64,000 nt of DNA from an uncultured Bacteroidales bacterium (GCA_963816365.1 CAWFKG010000005.1:351650-415649); one strand, 5' to 3'; positions 8,908 through 20,863 are shown, numbered from the stretch's first letter. The notes: a model not told the origin generated them from the sequence alone. Translations and numbers: made by a program.

Positions 8908-11280
8908 ATGAAAAAGTTCAATCTTCAGATTGGATTACGCAATATTTTGCGACACAGGCTCATCTCCTTCATAACAATTTTTGGATTGTCAATCGGTCTT
9001 GCAGGTAGTATGTTCATCTTTCTATGGGTTTCTGATGAGCTTAATTTCGACCATTTCAATAAAATTGGAGATCGGCTTTACCGTGTTGAAGAAGATCAGC
9101 CTTATTCCAAAGGACTTTTTCATGTTAATGTAACTCCATGGCCATCAGGACCAGTATGGAAAGAAAAGATACCCGAGATTGAGAACAGTTGCAGAATGAC
9201 TAATACAGGGAGTCTTCTCTTTCGTTATAAGGATAAAACCTTTTACGAAGAAAAGGTAGTAGCAGTAGATTCAACTTTTTTCCTGATGTTCACAATGCCA
9301 CTTCTTACCGGTGATCCACGGACGGTATTGAAGGATCCTCAGTCAATTGTGATCAGCAGTGAAATGGCCCGTAAATATTTTGGAAGTGATGACCCTGTAG
9401 GGAAGAGCATTGAGGTAAATAATAATGAAGTCTTTCAGGTTGCAGGAATTATGAAGAAAATCCCGGCAAACAGCTCAATTGAAGCCGACTTCTTAATTCC
9501 TTTCGATTATATGAAGAAGTCGAGCTGGTATTCTGATGGCTGGTCAAATAATTCAATTGCCACATATATCCTGTTAAGTAAAGGAGCAGTTCAGGATCAG
9601 GTTGTTCCCAAAATCAACAAAGTAGTAAAAGAACATAATCCGGATGGTACTACCAGGTTCATACTTTTCCCATTTCTGAAGATACATTTACATGCTTACT
9701 GGGGATTCGGGCACCCTCCCGGAGCGATAGTGAATATATGGATATTTTCATCTATTGCCCTTCTGGTCCTGATAATTGCATGTATTAATTTCATGAATCT
9801 GAGCACTGCACGTTCAGCTGCCAGGGCAAAAGAAACCGGCCTTCGAAAATTGAACGGAGCATATAAAAGGGATCTGATATTTCAATTTTTTGGTGAAAGT
9901 CTTTTATATGCCTTAACCTCCATGGTTCTTGCATTTGCAATTGTAGCAGCTCTGCTTGGCCCATTCAATCTGCTTACCGGTAAAACATTCAGGGAAGCAG
10001 AGCTGATAACTCCCATGTTTGTTGTGAGTGCTTTGCTGATAACAATTCTTACTTCAGTTCTTGCCGGCAGCTATCCTGCATTCGTTCTGTCTTCTTTTAA
10101 GCCTATTAATGTTCTTCGTTCGGGAATGACAGGTGGGACAAGAGGAGTCTATTTCAGGAAGATAACTGTGGTGGCACAATTCATTATCAGTATAATCCTT
10201 ATTCTTTTTACCATAATTACCTACAGGCAGGTTAAATTTATGCAAAACAAGTCTTTAGGTTATGACAAAGAAAACCTGATTTATGTCCAGATGAAAGGAA
10301 ACATGAAGGATAATTATCCGGTCATAAAACAGGAGTTTTCGAGAAACCCATCAATCATTTCTGTAACAGCCTGCACAAATCCTCCCCAGAGCATCGGTAG
10401 CAATGCTGATAATATCTGGTGGGAAGGCAAATCACCTGATGAGCATTCACTTGTTAGCATGGCTGGTGTGGATTTTGATTATGCTGAAACTATGGGTATT
10501 AAAATGAAGGCAGGAAGGTCATTCTCAAAGGCCTATTCAATGGATATTCCTCATGATACAGCAGGGACTTTTATGATTAATGAACAGCTTGAAAAATTGA
10601 TGGGAACTGATGACGCCACTGGAAAACAGCTAAAATTCGGAACAACGCGTGGCCTTATAGTAGGCGTAATGAAGGATTTCAATTATGCATCCTTACAGTC
10701 AAAAATTGAACCCCTTGCGGTATGGATCTGGCCAGATAAATACCTGAATTTCATTTATTTCAGGATTAAGCCTGGAAATCTGCACCAAACAATTGCCAGC
10801 CTTGAAAAGACATGGCAAAAGATCATGCCACAATATCCATTTGATTATCAATTTCTTGATCAGGAGATAGATAAGATGTACCGGGTGGAGGAACGGACTG
10901 GCTCTTTATTGAAATATTTCTCAATTCTCGCAATCCTGATTGCATGCATCGGACTCTTTGGTCTTGCTACCTACACTGTTGAACAGAGGACCCGTGAATT
11001 AGGTCTGAGGAAGGTTCTTGGTGCGTCAGGAAGTTCGATATTCGGGCTTATTTCCGGGGAATTCATGAAGCTTCTTCTGATTGCCTCATTTATTTCTATC
11101 CCACTGTCGTTATTTATGTTGCACAAATATCTTTCAGGTTTTGCCTATCACATTCAATTGACGGCCGGGACCTTTATTTTTGCTCTGCTCCTTGCAATCA
11201 TAGTTGCCGGGCTGGCAATTAGTTATCAGCTGTTAAGGGCTGTCAGAACTAATCCGGCTAAAAGCCTTAAGTATGAATAA
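8908..11280 (+). CDS. ABC transporter permease (MacB/FtsX family, duplicated)
   Basis: IACINFMNLSTARS, RAKETGLRKLNGA, IACIGLFGLA, QRTRELGLRKVLGAS, NPAKSLKYE. Confidence 0.92.
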   Translation: MKKFNLQIGLRNILRHRLISFITIFGLSIGLAGSMFIFLWVSDELNFDHFNKIGDRLYRVEEDQPYSKGLFHVNVTPWPSGPVWKEKIPEIENSCRMTNTGSLLFRYKDKTFYEEKVVAVDSTFFLMFTMPLLTGDPRTVLKDPQSIVISSEMARKYFGSDDPVGKSIEVNNNEVFQVAGIMKKIPANSSIEADFLIPFDYMKKSSWYSDGWSNNSIATYILLSKGAVQDQVVPKINKVVKEHNPDGTTRFILFPFLKIHLHAYWGFGHPPGAIVNIWIFSSIALLVLIIACINFMNLSTARSAARAKETGLRKLNGAYKRDLIFQFFGESLLYALTSMVLAFAIVAALLGPFNLLTGKTFREAELITPMFVVSALLITILTSVLAGSYPAFVLSSFKPINVLRSGMTGGTRGVYFRKITVVAQFIISIILILFTIITYRQVKFMQNKSLGYDKENLIYVQMKGNMKDNYPVIKQEFSRNPSIISVTACTNPPQSIGSNADNIWWEGKSPDEHSLVSMAGVDFDYAETMGIKMKAGRSFSKAYSMDIPHDTAGTFMINEQLEKLMGTDDATGKQLKFGTTRGLIVGVMKDFNYASLQSKIEPLAVWIWPDKYLNFIYFRIKPGNLHQTIASLEKTWQKIMPQYPFDYQFLDQEIDKMYRVEERTGSLLKYFSILAILIACIGLFGLATYTVEQRTRELGLRKVLGASGSSIFGLISGEFMKLLLIASFISIPLSLFMLHKYLSGFAYHIQLTAGTFIFALLLAIIVAGLAISYQLLRAVRTNPAKSLKYE

Positions 11281-11431
11281 AAGGTGTGAGGAGTAAGTAG
11301 GGAGGCGTGAGGTGAGAGGCGTGAGGAAATAAAAGCCCGATTTTGTTTTTAGAAATCTAAATAATTCAATGTCATATTTAATTGACAGAAATGCAACTAA
11401 ACATTATATCCAACGTCTTTAGAAAATTATC

Positions 11432-11461
11432 TGTAACCCTTATGCAATTGGAGCGTTATCA
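11432..11461 (+). promoter_or_regulatory. Putative ECF sigma promoter
   Basis: TGTAACC-N16-GTTATCA, matching 5848-5877. Confidence 0.6.
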
Positions 11462-11499
11462 GAGTTGAATCCGATAAAACTTATTCTAAAATATTAGTC

Positions 11500-14142
11500 A
11501 TGAAATTCACTTTCCTAAAAAGAATCGTACTCTCCCTGATATTGATTTTACTTTTTAAAGGCAGTTATTCGCAAAAGGCTGATTCTGTTATTTTAAAAAG
11601 GACCTATCAGACAGCATTTACAAAGACACAGCCTGTAATTGACGGTTTAGGGAATGATGAATGCTGGAACCTCGTTGATTGGACATCCGATTTTATTCAG
11701 TCTCAGCCGGCTGAGAATAAACCGCCGTCTCAACAGACAGCTTTTAAGATACTTTATGATAATGATAATATCTACATGTTTGTCCGTTGTTATGATACCG
11801 AACCTGATAAGATAAGTAAGATCATGTCACGAAGAGATAATTTCAACGGAGATATGATCTTTGTGGAGTTTGACAGCCACTTTGATAAGCAGACGGATTA
11901 TCTGTTCTCTGCTTCTGCTTCGGGAGCAAAAAGTGATGCAGCAATTTCAGATGATGGCCAGAACGAGGATGACAACTGGAATCCGATCTGGTTTATGAAA
12001 ACATCGGTCGACGATAAAGGATGGAGTGCAGAAATGAAAATTCCATTAAGTCAGCTGCGCTTTGATAAGAATAACTCCCAGACATGGGGACTTCAGGTTA
12101 CAAGGCACATATTCCGGCTTCAGGAACGCTCTCAATGGCAATATATACCAAAAGGATCTCCTGGCCTAATTCATTTATTTGGTGAACTTCACGGAATTAA
12201 TAATATAAAACCAAAACACCAGATAGAATTGATGCCCTATACAGTCGCCCGTACTGAAAGATTTCAAAAAATTGACGGTGATCCTTTTAATACCGGCAAG
12301 CTTTCAAAGATATCAGCCGGACTGGATGGGAAGATAGGTCTCTCCAATAATTTCACACTGGACTTTACCATTAACCCTGATTTTGGTCAGGTCGAAGCTG
12401 ACCCATCCGAAGTAAACCTTACAGCATTTGAATCCTACTTTTCTGAAAAACGTCCTTTCTTTATTGAGGGTCAGAATATCTATCAGTTTGTGCCTGATCA
12501 GACAATAGTGATTCATAATATGTATTCTGACAACCTGTTTTACTCCCGCAGGATTGGACGATATCCTCAGTACTATCCTTCAGTTGCGGATAGTGTACAC
12601 GTCAAGATGCCAGAATCTACGACAATACTCGGTGCAGTGAAGTTATCGGGAAAAACAAAGAAAGGACTATCAGTTGGCATTCTGGAAAGTCTGACATCAA
12701 GGGAAGATGCATTAATTGACAGTGCGGGGTTCAGACGGAAAGAGACTGTTGAACCACTCACAAATTATTTTGTAGGAAGAGTGCAGCAGGATTTCAATAA
12801 AGGTCAGACCATTCTGGGTGCTATGGTTACATCAGTAAACAGAAATATTAAATCCACAAATCTCGATTTCCTTCACTCTTCAGCGTATACTGCGGGTATA
12901 GACTTCCAGCATAACTGGAAAGAGAGAACCTGGTATTTATCAGGAAATGCCGAATTCAGTGATGTTAAGGGTTCAACACGCTCAATAACTGAAACTCAAT
13001 TATCATCTGCCCGCTATTACCAAAGACCCGATGCAAAATATCTTTCCGTTGATTCAACCCTCACCTCACTTCCAGGTTATGGTGGAACTGTAAAATTCGG
13101 GAAGACAAGCAAAAAGAGGCTCCAGTTTGAAACTTGTGTAATCGTGCGATCACCCGGACTTGAATTCAACGATATTGGTTATATGAGATACTCAGATGTA
13201 ATTTACCAGGGAAACTGGATGGGTTATTATCTGCGAAATCCATTCTGGATATTCAATAATTTGTATCTAAATACCAATTACTGGATGTACTTTAACTTTG
13301 GCGGTCAACTCTTATCAAGAAACTACAATACCAATTTTAATGCCCAGTTCAAAAATAAGTGGCAGCTCAACGGACAGTTCAACAGAGAAAGCGAAAATAT
13401 TTCTACAACACTGTTACGTGGTGGTCCGTCATTCATAATGCCTGGTAATCAGAGTTTTAATCTGAATATTAGTTCTGACAGATCCAAAAAACTCAATTTT
13501 TTCGTTGGTAATTATCATGGTTCAGGTGATGTTAATAGCATGAGCGGCCATGAATACTATGGTGAGATTAATTACCGGCCAACAAACTCAATCTCAATCT
13601 CAGTTGATCCGGATTACCTTATTCAGAACTCTGAAATGCAATATGTAAATACAGTCAATAGTAATGGAAATCCGGTATACTTGTTTGGTAAGTTGCATCA
13701 GACAACTCTAAGCTTTACATTCAGAATTAATTATACTATTAATCCTGAACTAAGTATTGAATATTACGGCCAGCCATTCATTTCAGCAGGCAAGTATTCT
13801 GCATTTAAAAAAATCACAGTGCCTGATGCCGGTAAATTCAAAGAAAGGTTTTTTGAATTTACTCCAACCGAATTGACTTATGCAGACGGCACATATAATG
13901 TAAATGATGGCGGAACTTATTCTTTTGGAAATCCCGATTTCAATTTCAGACAGTTCCGTTCTAATCTCGTGATTCGATGGGAATATCTTCCCGGATCAAC
14001 ATTATACCTGGTATGGTCGCAAGGCAGGACAAGTACTGATACCAATGGTATGTTCTCTTATGGAAATGATATAAAATATCTATTCAGGAAAACAGCTCAT
14101 AATGTGTTCCTGATCAAATTCTCTTACTGGTTTGCGTTATAA
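11500..14142 (+). CDS. CBM9-like + DUF5916 outer-membrane protein
   Basis: PVIDG...W N-terminal domain, WSAEMKIPLSQLRF, TINPDFGQVEAD, EKRPFFIEG, LFYSRRIG, aromatic C-terminus KFSYWF. Confidence 0.85.
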   Translation: MKFTFLKRIVLSLILILLFKGSYSQKADSVILKRTYQTAFTKTQPVIDGLGNDECWNLVDWTSDFIQSQPAENKPPSQQTAFKILYDNDNIYMFVRCYDTEPDKISKIMSRRDNFNGDMIFVEFDSHFDKQTDYLFSASASGAKSDAAISDDGQNEDDNWNPIWFMKTSVDDKGWSAEMKIPLSQLRFDKNNSQTWGLQVTRHIFRLQERSQWQYIPKGSPGLIHLFGELHGINNIKPKHQIELMPYTVARTERFQKIDGDPFNTGKLSKISAGLDGKIGLSNNFTLDFTINPDFGQVEADPSEVNLTAFESYFSEKRPFFIEGQNIYQFVPDQTIVIHNMYSDNLFYSRRIGRYPQYYPSVADSVHVKMPESTTILGAVKLSGKTKKGLSVGILESLTSREDALIDSAGFRRKETVEPLTNYFVGRVQQDFNKGQTILGAMVTSVNRNIKSTNLDFLHSSAYTAGIDFQHNWKERTWYLSGNAEFSDVKGSTRSITETQLSSARYYQRPDAKYLSVDSTLTSLPGYGGTVKFGKTSKKRLQFETCVIVRSPGLEFNDIGYMRYSDVIYQGNWMGYYLRNPFWIFNNLYLNTNYWMYFNFGGQLLSRNYNTNFNAQFKNKWQLNGQFNRESENISTTLLRGGPSFIMPGNQSFNLNISSDRSKKLNFFVGNYHGSGDVNSMSGHEYYGEINYRPTNSISISVDPDYLIQNSEMQYVNTVNSNGNPVYLFGKLHQTTLSFTFRINYTINPELSIEYYGQPFISAGKYSAFKKITVPDAGKFKERFFEFTPTELTYADGTYNVNDGGTYSFGNPDFNFRQFRSNLVIRWEYLPGSTLYLVWSQGRTSTDTNGMFSYGNDIKYLFRKTAHNVFLIKFSYWFAL

Positions 14143-14207
14143 ATGGCACACCCCCGGTTCAGCTTCTGGAATTGAGGGTGCGACCTTTGCGGTTAATGGA
14201 TTTTAAG

Positions 14208-14438
14208 TCATTTTTTGAAGTTTCTGCTTGTCAGATACCCTATAAGTGAATACACCGCTCCTATTATAAGCAACATGAATACGAAATTCATCAGAGTGTC
14301 GCTTACAGAATGCGATCTGCCGTCAATATCAAGAAAACTCCAGACGGCGAAAATTAATCCGAAGACCAATATTATCCAGCCTATATAGGTGGCTGGTATA
14401 AAAAATATTCCTATTCTTTTAAACCAGGGAAAGTTCAT
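14208..14438 (-). CDS. Small membrane protein (76 aa)
   Basis: Starts MNFPWFKRIG at ATG 14438; two hydrophobic helices; follows the 14450 gene. Confidence 0.7.
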   Translation of the reverse strand: MNFPWFKRIGIFFIPATYIGWIILVFGLIFAVWSFLDIDGRSHSVSDTLMNFVFMLLIIGAVYSLIGYLTSRNFKK

Positions 14439-14449
14439 TTTAATGTGTT

Positions 14450-14833
14450 TTAGAGTGAGTACATTATTAATACAACAACAGCAAATGCAATAACCATAAT
14501 GTTTAGCCAGACGGATTGCAGGAAAGCTGCTGACTTTGGAGATCCGGATAAAAAATAGATCTTTCTGATACTGAGAGCATTGATTATTATGAGAACAGCA
14601 GGTGATATCAGGAAGAAAATAATTGATACAAAATTGTTTTGCAGTTCCATCTCCTTCATATTTGAGACCAATGTTGTCCCCGGCATATAAACACTCTTCA
14701 TTACCAGCATTAGAACAATAAATGCAGGTACGCTTAGCCACCATAAGCTTACAACAGATTTGTCTTTCGCATTGACTATTGCATTTCCAAGCATATCCTC
14801 ATGTTTCATATGAGGGATTTCGGGTTTTGTCAT
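14450..14833 (-). CDS. Hypothetical membrane protein with 3 TM helices (possible anti-sigma partner)
   Basis: Hydrophobic ORF directly downstream of the ECF gene; start uncertain. Confidence 0.6.
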   Translation of the reverse strand: MTKPEIPHMKHEDMLGNAIVNAKDKSVVSLWWLSVPAFIVLMLVMKSVYMPGTTLVSNMKEMELQNNFVSIIFFLISPAVLIIINALSIRKIYFLSGSPKSAAFLQSVWLNIMVIAFAVVVLIMYSL

Positions 14834-14887
14834 TTCATGTTAATTTCATTTCAAAATTGTCTTTTTTCATACCAATAATGTTAAAAG

Positions 14888-15447
14888 TTAAAATTGGTTG
14901 CATTTTTTACGAAGTTTTTCCAATCCTCTTGATAACAATGATTTTAAAGTACCTTCATTTATATTAAGAATTTCAACAATTTCTTTATTATCCTTTCCTT
15001 CAAAATATTTAAGCGCGATTACTTCCTGGTATTTTACTGGAAGTGTTTTCAATTCTTTAAGAACAGAAAGAAACTGTTCATGTTTCTGAAATTCTGTTTC
15101 TATTTCCTTTCTGTCATCAGCCAGATAATTATTAAATATGTCTTTATCCTCAGTAATTATTCTTTCGAAGATTGAAGTGTGTCTTTGTTTAAACCGGAAA
15201 TACAGATTTATTTCATTAGTGGCTATCCGGTATAACCAGACCTTCACAGAAATGCCGCTATACCTGAAATTATGGATATTGTCGGAATGCTTTAAGAAAT
15301 GTATCTGCAGCAATGTCGGCTGTATCATCAAAATTGCCTGTACGACGAATTATATACCCAAAAATCGGCTGATAATACAATTTGAAAAGCTCTGAAAAAG
15401 CTTCAGGCTGTCTTTTTTATTCTTTCTAAAAGATCTTTTTCATCCAT
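14888..15447 (-). CDS. ECF-family sigma factor (frameshifted in this sequence)
   Basis: Reconstructed MDEKDLLERIKK/QPEAFSELFKLYYQPIFGYIIRRTG...DTFLKAF/...WLYRIATNE...LPVKYQEVIALKYFEG...GTLKSLLSRGL; about 2 indels. Confidence 0.85.
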
Positions 15448-15551
15448 TTTGAATCAAAATCTGAAATCAATAATTCAAAAAGGTTGTTACAGTTGCAGTT
15501 TCCGGGCGCGGATTTGACTCGTCGAGCTCGCAGAAGTTGTCGCTGATCTTT

Positions 15552-16863
15552 TCATTTAATGTTGTGACAAATTATCTTAAATTCTGTTCCTTTTGTCTCT
15601 TTGTTCCGGAAACTGAAAGAGAATCCGTGATTTGTAAGTATCTCCTGTACAAGTGTTAAACCAATCCCCTGCCCTCCTGGTTTTGTTGAAAAGAATGGTG
15701 TAAATAATTTTTCTGACACTTCCTTTGATAAACCTGTCCCATCGTCCTCGAATATTACTGCAACAGGATTTTTCTGAGTTGTTATTTTCAGATGCCCATT
15801 AACCGGAACTGCTTCTTTTGAATTCTTAATAATGTTAAGAAAGACCTGCTCCATCTGGCTCCGGTCTGCATTAATCAAAGGTATGGTGCTATCCAGATTC
15901 ACTTCTACAGAAATATTTTTTTCTTTCAGTTCGGCAGAGAATGACTCAATAACTAGCGATAACGAATCATTAAGATCCATTTCTTCCTTATCAGGAGCTG
16001 GCAGCTTCACAACATTTGAGAAGTTCTGCATAAATCTGTTCATCTGATAGTTGCGTTGAATGGCAACACCAAGCATCCTGATTATATCATCCTGTTCGGA
16101 ATTTACAAATGTTTCAGGATTTGACTGGATGCTTGTCATAATTGAGTTTACTGACCCGACAGTATTATTTACCTCATGTGCCATCATTCTGATCAGTTTT
16201 CCATAAGCTTCTTTCTCTGCTCTTTTTATTTCTTCGGTGAATTCTTCTATTATATAAAAAGGATGTTTAAATCCATGATCCATGAAAAACAATTTGCGGC
16301 AAAGATATTTCTGTCCGTCTGCCAGAACAACCAGTTGTTTTTCTTCATACGCTATCTTATGCTAATTCAACAGAAAGATTGCTGTTTAGTTCTTTAAGAT
16401 ACTTTCCTTTATAGCTATCTTCTTTAATGCCAAGTGATCTGATTGCAGCCTTATTTATTTCCATGATCCTGTCATCCAGATCCATCATTACGATTCCGAG
16501 AGGTGATGATTCAATCAGCAAATCGAGAAAATGATTCTTTTCCCTTACCGACAGCCTCTCCTCACGCAGACGATTAATCATCGAATTATATACTTCGATA
16601 ATGTTATCTACATCGCTGTTTCCGGTTTTAACAAGGGTAATGTTAAAATCTCCCTCTTTAAGCAGATTAAGGCTTCTTCCGATACTGGAGATAGGTTTAA
16701 GTGACCTCATCATTATCCAGATCGTAATGCCATATAATAGAGGTATTACAAATTCGGAAGCGATGAGAAGAAACGGGTTATTTTTATGGAAAGAAAATAT
16801 TGCCAGTACCAGGAATAGAGAGAATACGAGCGTCAGCCAGATCAGTGTCCATTTTTTACTCAT
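15552..16863 (-). CDS. Sensor histidine kinase (TM, HAMP, PAS, HisKA, HATPase), frameshifted near 16.35 kb
   Basis: H-box MMAHEVNN, N-box QVFLNIIKNS, DDGTG, FFSTKPGGQGIGL; N-terminal piece starts MSKKWTLI at 16863. Confidence 0.88.
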
Positions 16864-18235
16864 TCTTTTCTGTTTGTATTCCGTGTTTTTCCATTTTCCG
16901 GTACAGTGTGGCCCTGCCAATGCCAAGCTTTTCTGCTGATCTTGACAGATTGCCACGGCATTCTTCAATTGTGCTGATGATCATTTGTTTCTCCATTTCA
17001 TCCAGAGTATGAAATGAATTTCCTGCATTTTGATCAGGTATTTGGGCAGCAATAAAATCTTCAGGTTTTATCTGGTCACCTTTTGTCAGCAACAGACTTC
17101 TCTCAATTATGTTTTTTAGTTCCCTTACATTTCCGGGCCAGGCTGATTGCATAGCCATTCATTTGCACTTCCGGATAAATGATTTAACCGGTAGCGAATA
17201 TGCTTTTACTGCATTATTAATAAAATACTCTGCAAGGACAGGTATGTCACTTGTCCTTTGACGCAAGTGGAGGCACTTCGATCTGAATAAGATTAATACG
17301 ATACAGCAGGTCTTCTCTGAATGATCCTTTTTTAACCTGGGAGTAAAGATTATGATTTGTGGCAGACAGGATTCTCACATCAACAGTAATGCTGTTGGGA
17401 TCACCCAATCGTTCAAAAGTCTGATCCTGAAGTACTCTCAGCAATTTAACCTGTGAAGTAAAATTAAGATCACCGATTTCGTCGAGGAAGATGGTGCCTT
17501 TATTTGCTTTTTCAAACCGGCCGGTATGGTCGCTTTTGGCATCTGTAAAAGCGCCTTTCCGGTAACCGAACATTTCTGATTCGAACAGGCTGGCAGGAAT
17601 TCCTCCCAGGTTAACCTTGACGAATGGGTTGTTTTTTCTTGTACTGAATTGATGAATTGCAGAAGCAATCAGTTCTTTACCGGTACCGCTTTCACCTGTT
17701 ATTAAAACCGGAGCATGTGTGGTGGCAACTCTTTTAATAATGTCAAGAATCTCAATCAGCTTTGGATCATTCCCGATAATTGACTCAAATTCAGCAGGTC
17801 GTTCAGATTTATTTGGACTGATTTGTTGATTATCCATTGAACTGATGTTGTCTGACAAGCTGATGGATGTTTCAATTATCTTAAGTAATTGAACATTATT
17901 CCAGGGTTTGGTAACAAAATCCGATGCACCTAGTTTTATTCCCTGGACTGCAAGTTCAACCGAACCCCAGGCTGTAATGAGGATTACCGGAAGAACCGGT
18001 TTAAGTTTTTTTATTCTTTTCAGAAGTTCAATTCCTTCGTCTCCGTTTATGGATAATGAGAAATTCATATCGAGCAAGAACAAGGTCGAAGTCAGATTCT
18101 TCCACATACCTTGATAATATCCTCTGGCCTTGAGGCAAAGAATGGAGTATAACCGGCTTTACTCAATAAGAATCCCAGTGAGCTTCTTACAGCATCATCA
18201 TCATCACAGACTAATATGCGGTGTGACTTTATCAT
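16856..18235 (-). CDS. Sigma54-dependent response regulator (NtrC family), frameshifted
   Basis: Receiver RILVCDDDD...DMNFS, Walker A GESGTGKE, GAFTDA, FLDEIG, WPGNVREL, Fis HTH LGIGRATLYRKM. Confidence 0.92.
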
Positions 18236-18254
18236 TGCTGACGAAAGTACTAAC

Positions 18255-19463
18255 TTATTCTGTTTTCAGGGCAATTGCAGGCCGTATTTTTGATGCTATA
18301 GTTGCAGGTATCCATGTACTTAAAAAAACAAGTATGATCATAGATACAACGCTTATTAAAATTGATTGCAACAATACACCTGGTTCTGGTGGTTCCCCTC
18401 TGCTGACGAGGATTGGAATTTGGAGAACTATTAGAAGAACCATCAATAGTCCTGTCCCTGCAATAACCAGGTTTTCAGTTATCAGGAGACGTTTAATTCC
18501 TTTTCCAGTGGACCCGAGTGCACGTTTTATACCGATCTCGTGGATCCTCAGGTTCGTATTGTACCATAAAATACCAATAGTGCCAAGGAAAATATTGATG
18601 AGAACAAACAGTGCAATTATTACTGTAAGGTAATTTCTCTGATAGTTTTCGTTATTCACCTGTAAACGCATGTTATCGAGAGAATTCAGGCTGTTAATAG
18701 TCCAGCTTTCAGGATTAAGCGTTGAATAAACCTGGCTTTCAGCAATTGCCAGCATGTCGCTGGTTTTATTCTCTTTTGTGCGTATAAGCACTGAAGTTTG
18801 CCAGCTTGAACCTGCCTTAACTGAATCCTTTAATATAAATGCTGACAGGGTATGGTGTTTCAATATCATTTCGCTTAAACCTGTCAACTACACCGATAAT
18901 TTCATAGTTTGTGACATTGCCGGATCTCCCGTTTTTTTCGTATATTCTTTCACCCACTGCATTGCCTTTGAAATATTTTTCATCGGCATCGTTGGTAATA
19001 ATAATAGGATGGACGGCTTTTCCTAAATCTGTTTCATCGAACCATCTTCCTTTCAAGGGAACAATTTTCATTACTCTGCGCATAATCGATATCAACATTA
19101 CGGTTGGCAAAACCCATCTCAATGCTGTCGTGTTTGAATCCGGTCTGTGCTGATACTGTAATTGTAAGGTACAGCATTAGTGCTGATTGACACTGACTCA
19201 ACGAATGAGTTTGAAGCAAGTACTTTTTTAAGATTCTGAAATGACACCTCAGCAATTTTTTCAGATTCAGGGTTCTTTTTAGTTATATCTAACAGAATGA
19301 CATTATGAGTATCGTAACAGTTCTTAATACGATATATTGACAGCATATTGTCAAGGTAAAGAATCAGATTAACAAGAACGAAGGAAATCATAAACAGTTC
19401 TATAAAAACCAGGATATTCCGTCGTTTGTTATTCCATAGAGTTTTAAAAAACAAGCGTATCAT
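18255..19463 (-). CDS. ABC transporter permease (FtsX family), frameshifted
   Basis: Pieces 19119-19463, 18817-19122 and 18255-18887; RIHEIGIKRALGS, IRPAIALKTE. Confidence 0.82.
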
Positions 19464-20731
19464 AACTCACCTCCTTTCAGATAAACAGCAGGTTTCATCC
19501 TTGATAGTCTTACAGCCGGAAGGAAACCTGAGAGAAGTCCAAAAATCAGACATGCTATAAGCGCACCAGCAAATACTATAAAATTGAATGAAAAAGACAA
19601 TGGAACATTATTCATAAAATCTATACTAAGAGTTAAGAGAATTTCCAAGAAGGGCGACTACTATATATGAGAGAATGATTCCAATTAATCCTCCGGCAAG
19701 TGTCATCAGAATATTTTCGAATAAAAATTGTCCGCGTAAGACTTTGCTTGCTGCACCAAAAGACTTTCTGACGGCTATTTCCTCCCCGCGTTCATGAATA
19801 CGTGCAAAGTTCAGAGCCATCAGATTTATTGCAGGAAGAAGAATGAAGGCAAGGGCCATCATCAGATATTTAAAGAGGCTGGTTCCCATAGAGTAATCTT
19901 CGGGATCGCCGTATCCCACCATCATTTTTTCAATTTGCGAATATGGTCCTGAAAGAAAAATTGCCCGTGATGTATCAGCTGCATCGATACGAGACACCAT
20001 CTCCTGAACTTCATCTCTGATAAGTTTAAACTTGTTTCGAGGAACTTTTAAATGCAACATTATATCCACCGATGTAATCATCAAAGTCGTCGCCTTTCAT
20101 GAGTGTATAAGGAAAATAAAGATCCCCAATTGCATTCTGATCCGTTTTTGGAGGATCATCAACTACTCCTGTAACAACCAGATTCATAGATGTATATTTA
20201 ATCGTTTTGCCAAGAACATTTTCCTCAGTACCAAAAAGCAGTTCTTTCAGCGATTTAGTGATAACAGCCAGATTGGCGCCATTTGTTAACCTCCTCTGCA
20301 TTATATGGTCTTCCCTGAAGAAACTTGTAGTTAAAAACTTTCCAGTATTCAGCGTCAGTATGGTTCTGAAGCTTCTTCTGGTAGTTTCCATTAAAGATAA
20401 ATTCCCAGGGATTAGGGCCGGAGTACATTGAAACTATATCTGCACTCTTCGATTTTTTGAGATGTTCTTCACTGAGCCTTTTGCTTACGGATGCAACACT
20501 ATAACCCTCACTCTTTTTCCCCTTATGGGTTTCCTTCGTCTTCACCCTCTGGCAGAAGACAATCTCATTGAGATCTTTTTCAGGTCCCGATCCGCTAGTA
20601 ATCTTTGATATTGTCATGCTGAAGATCATAACAAACATTATAGTCAGGCTTATGCCGAATAAGCTCAGAAAAGTAAAGAGCTTACTCTGCGAAGCGACTT
20701 TCAGAAATATTTTGAAATAGTTTTTTAACAT
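19460..20731 (-). CDS. ABC transporter permease (MacB/FtsX family), frameshifted
   Basis: MLKNYFKI...SLFGISLT; LPAINL...ERGEEIAVRKSFGA; SGFLPAVRLSRMKPA across four frame pieces. Confidence 0.85.
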
Positions 20732-20768
20732 GATAGTATTAATTAATTCTTAACCCTTAATCTTGCTT

Positions 20769-20794
20769 GGCACGGATTACAAATCCGCGCCAGC
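20769..20794 (+). repeat. 26-bp REP-like palindrome, family A (solo copy)
   Basis: GGCACGGATT-ACA-AATCCGCGCC-AGC; at least 7 copies in the window. Confidence 0.85.
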
Positions 20795-20802
20795 GTTTTT
20801 AA

Positions 20803-20845
20803 CCTTTGTGAACCTTTGTGCATCCTTTGTGTCCCTTTGTGGTTA
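20803..20845 (+). repeat. Short tandem repeat (CCTTTGTG)x4
   Basis: cctttgtg-aa-cctttgtg-cat-cctttgtg-tc-cctttgtg-gttaa. Confidence 0.7.
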
Positions 20846-20863
20846 AAGGATTTTTCTATATCC

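Noticed and set aside
18130-18633. Plus-strand ORF with a poly-His tract
   Set aside because: It is the antisense of the DDDD receiver motif of the NtrC gene and of the permease 3' end
15552-20731. Pseudogene calls for the fragmented kinase, NtrC and permease genes
   Set aside because: Motifs are intact and the breaks are indel-type and regionally clustered, which fits sequencing error better; this cannot be settled without reads
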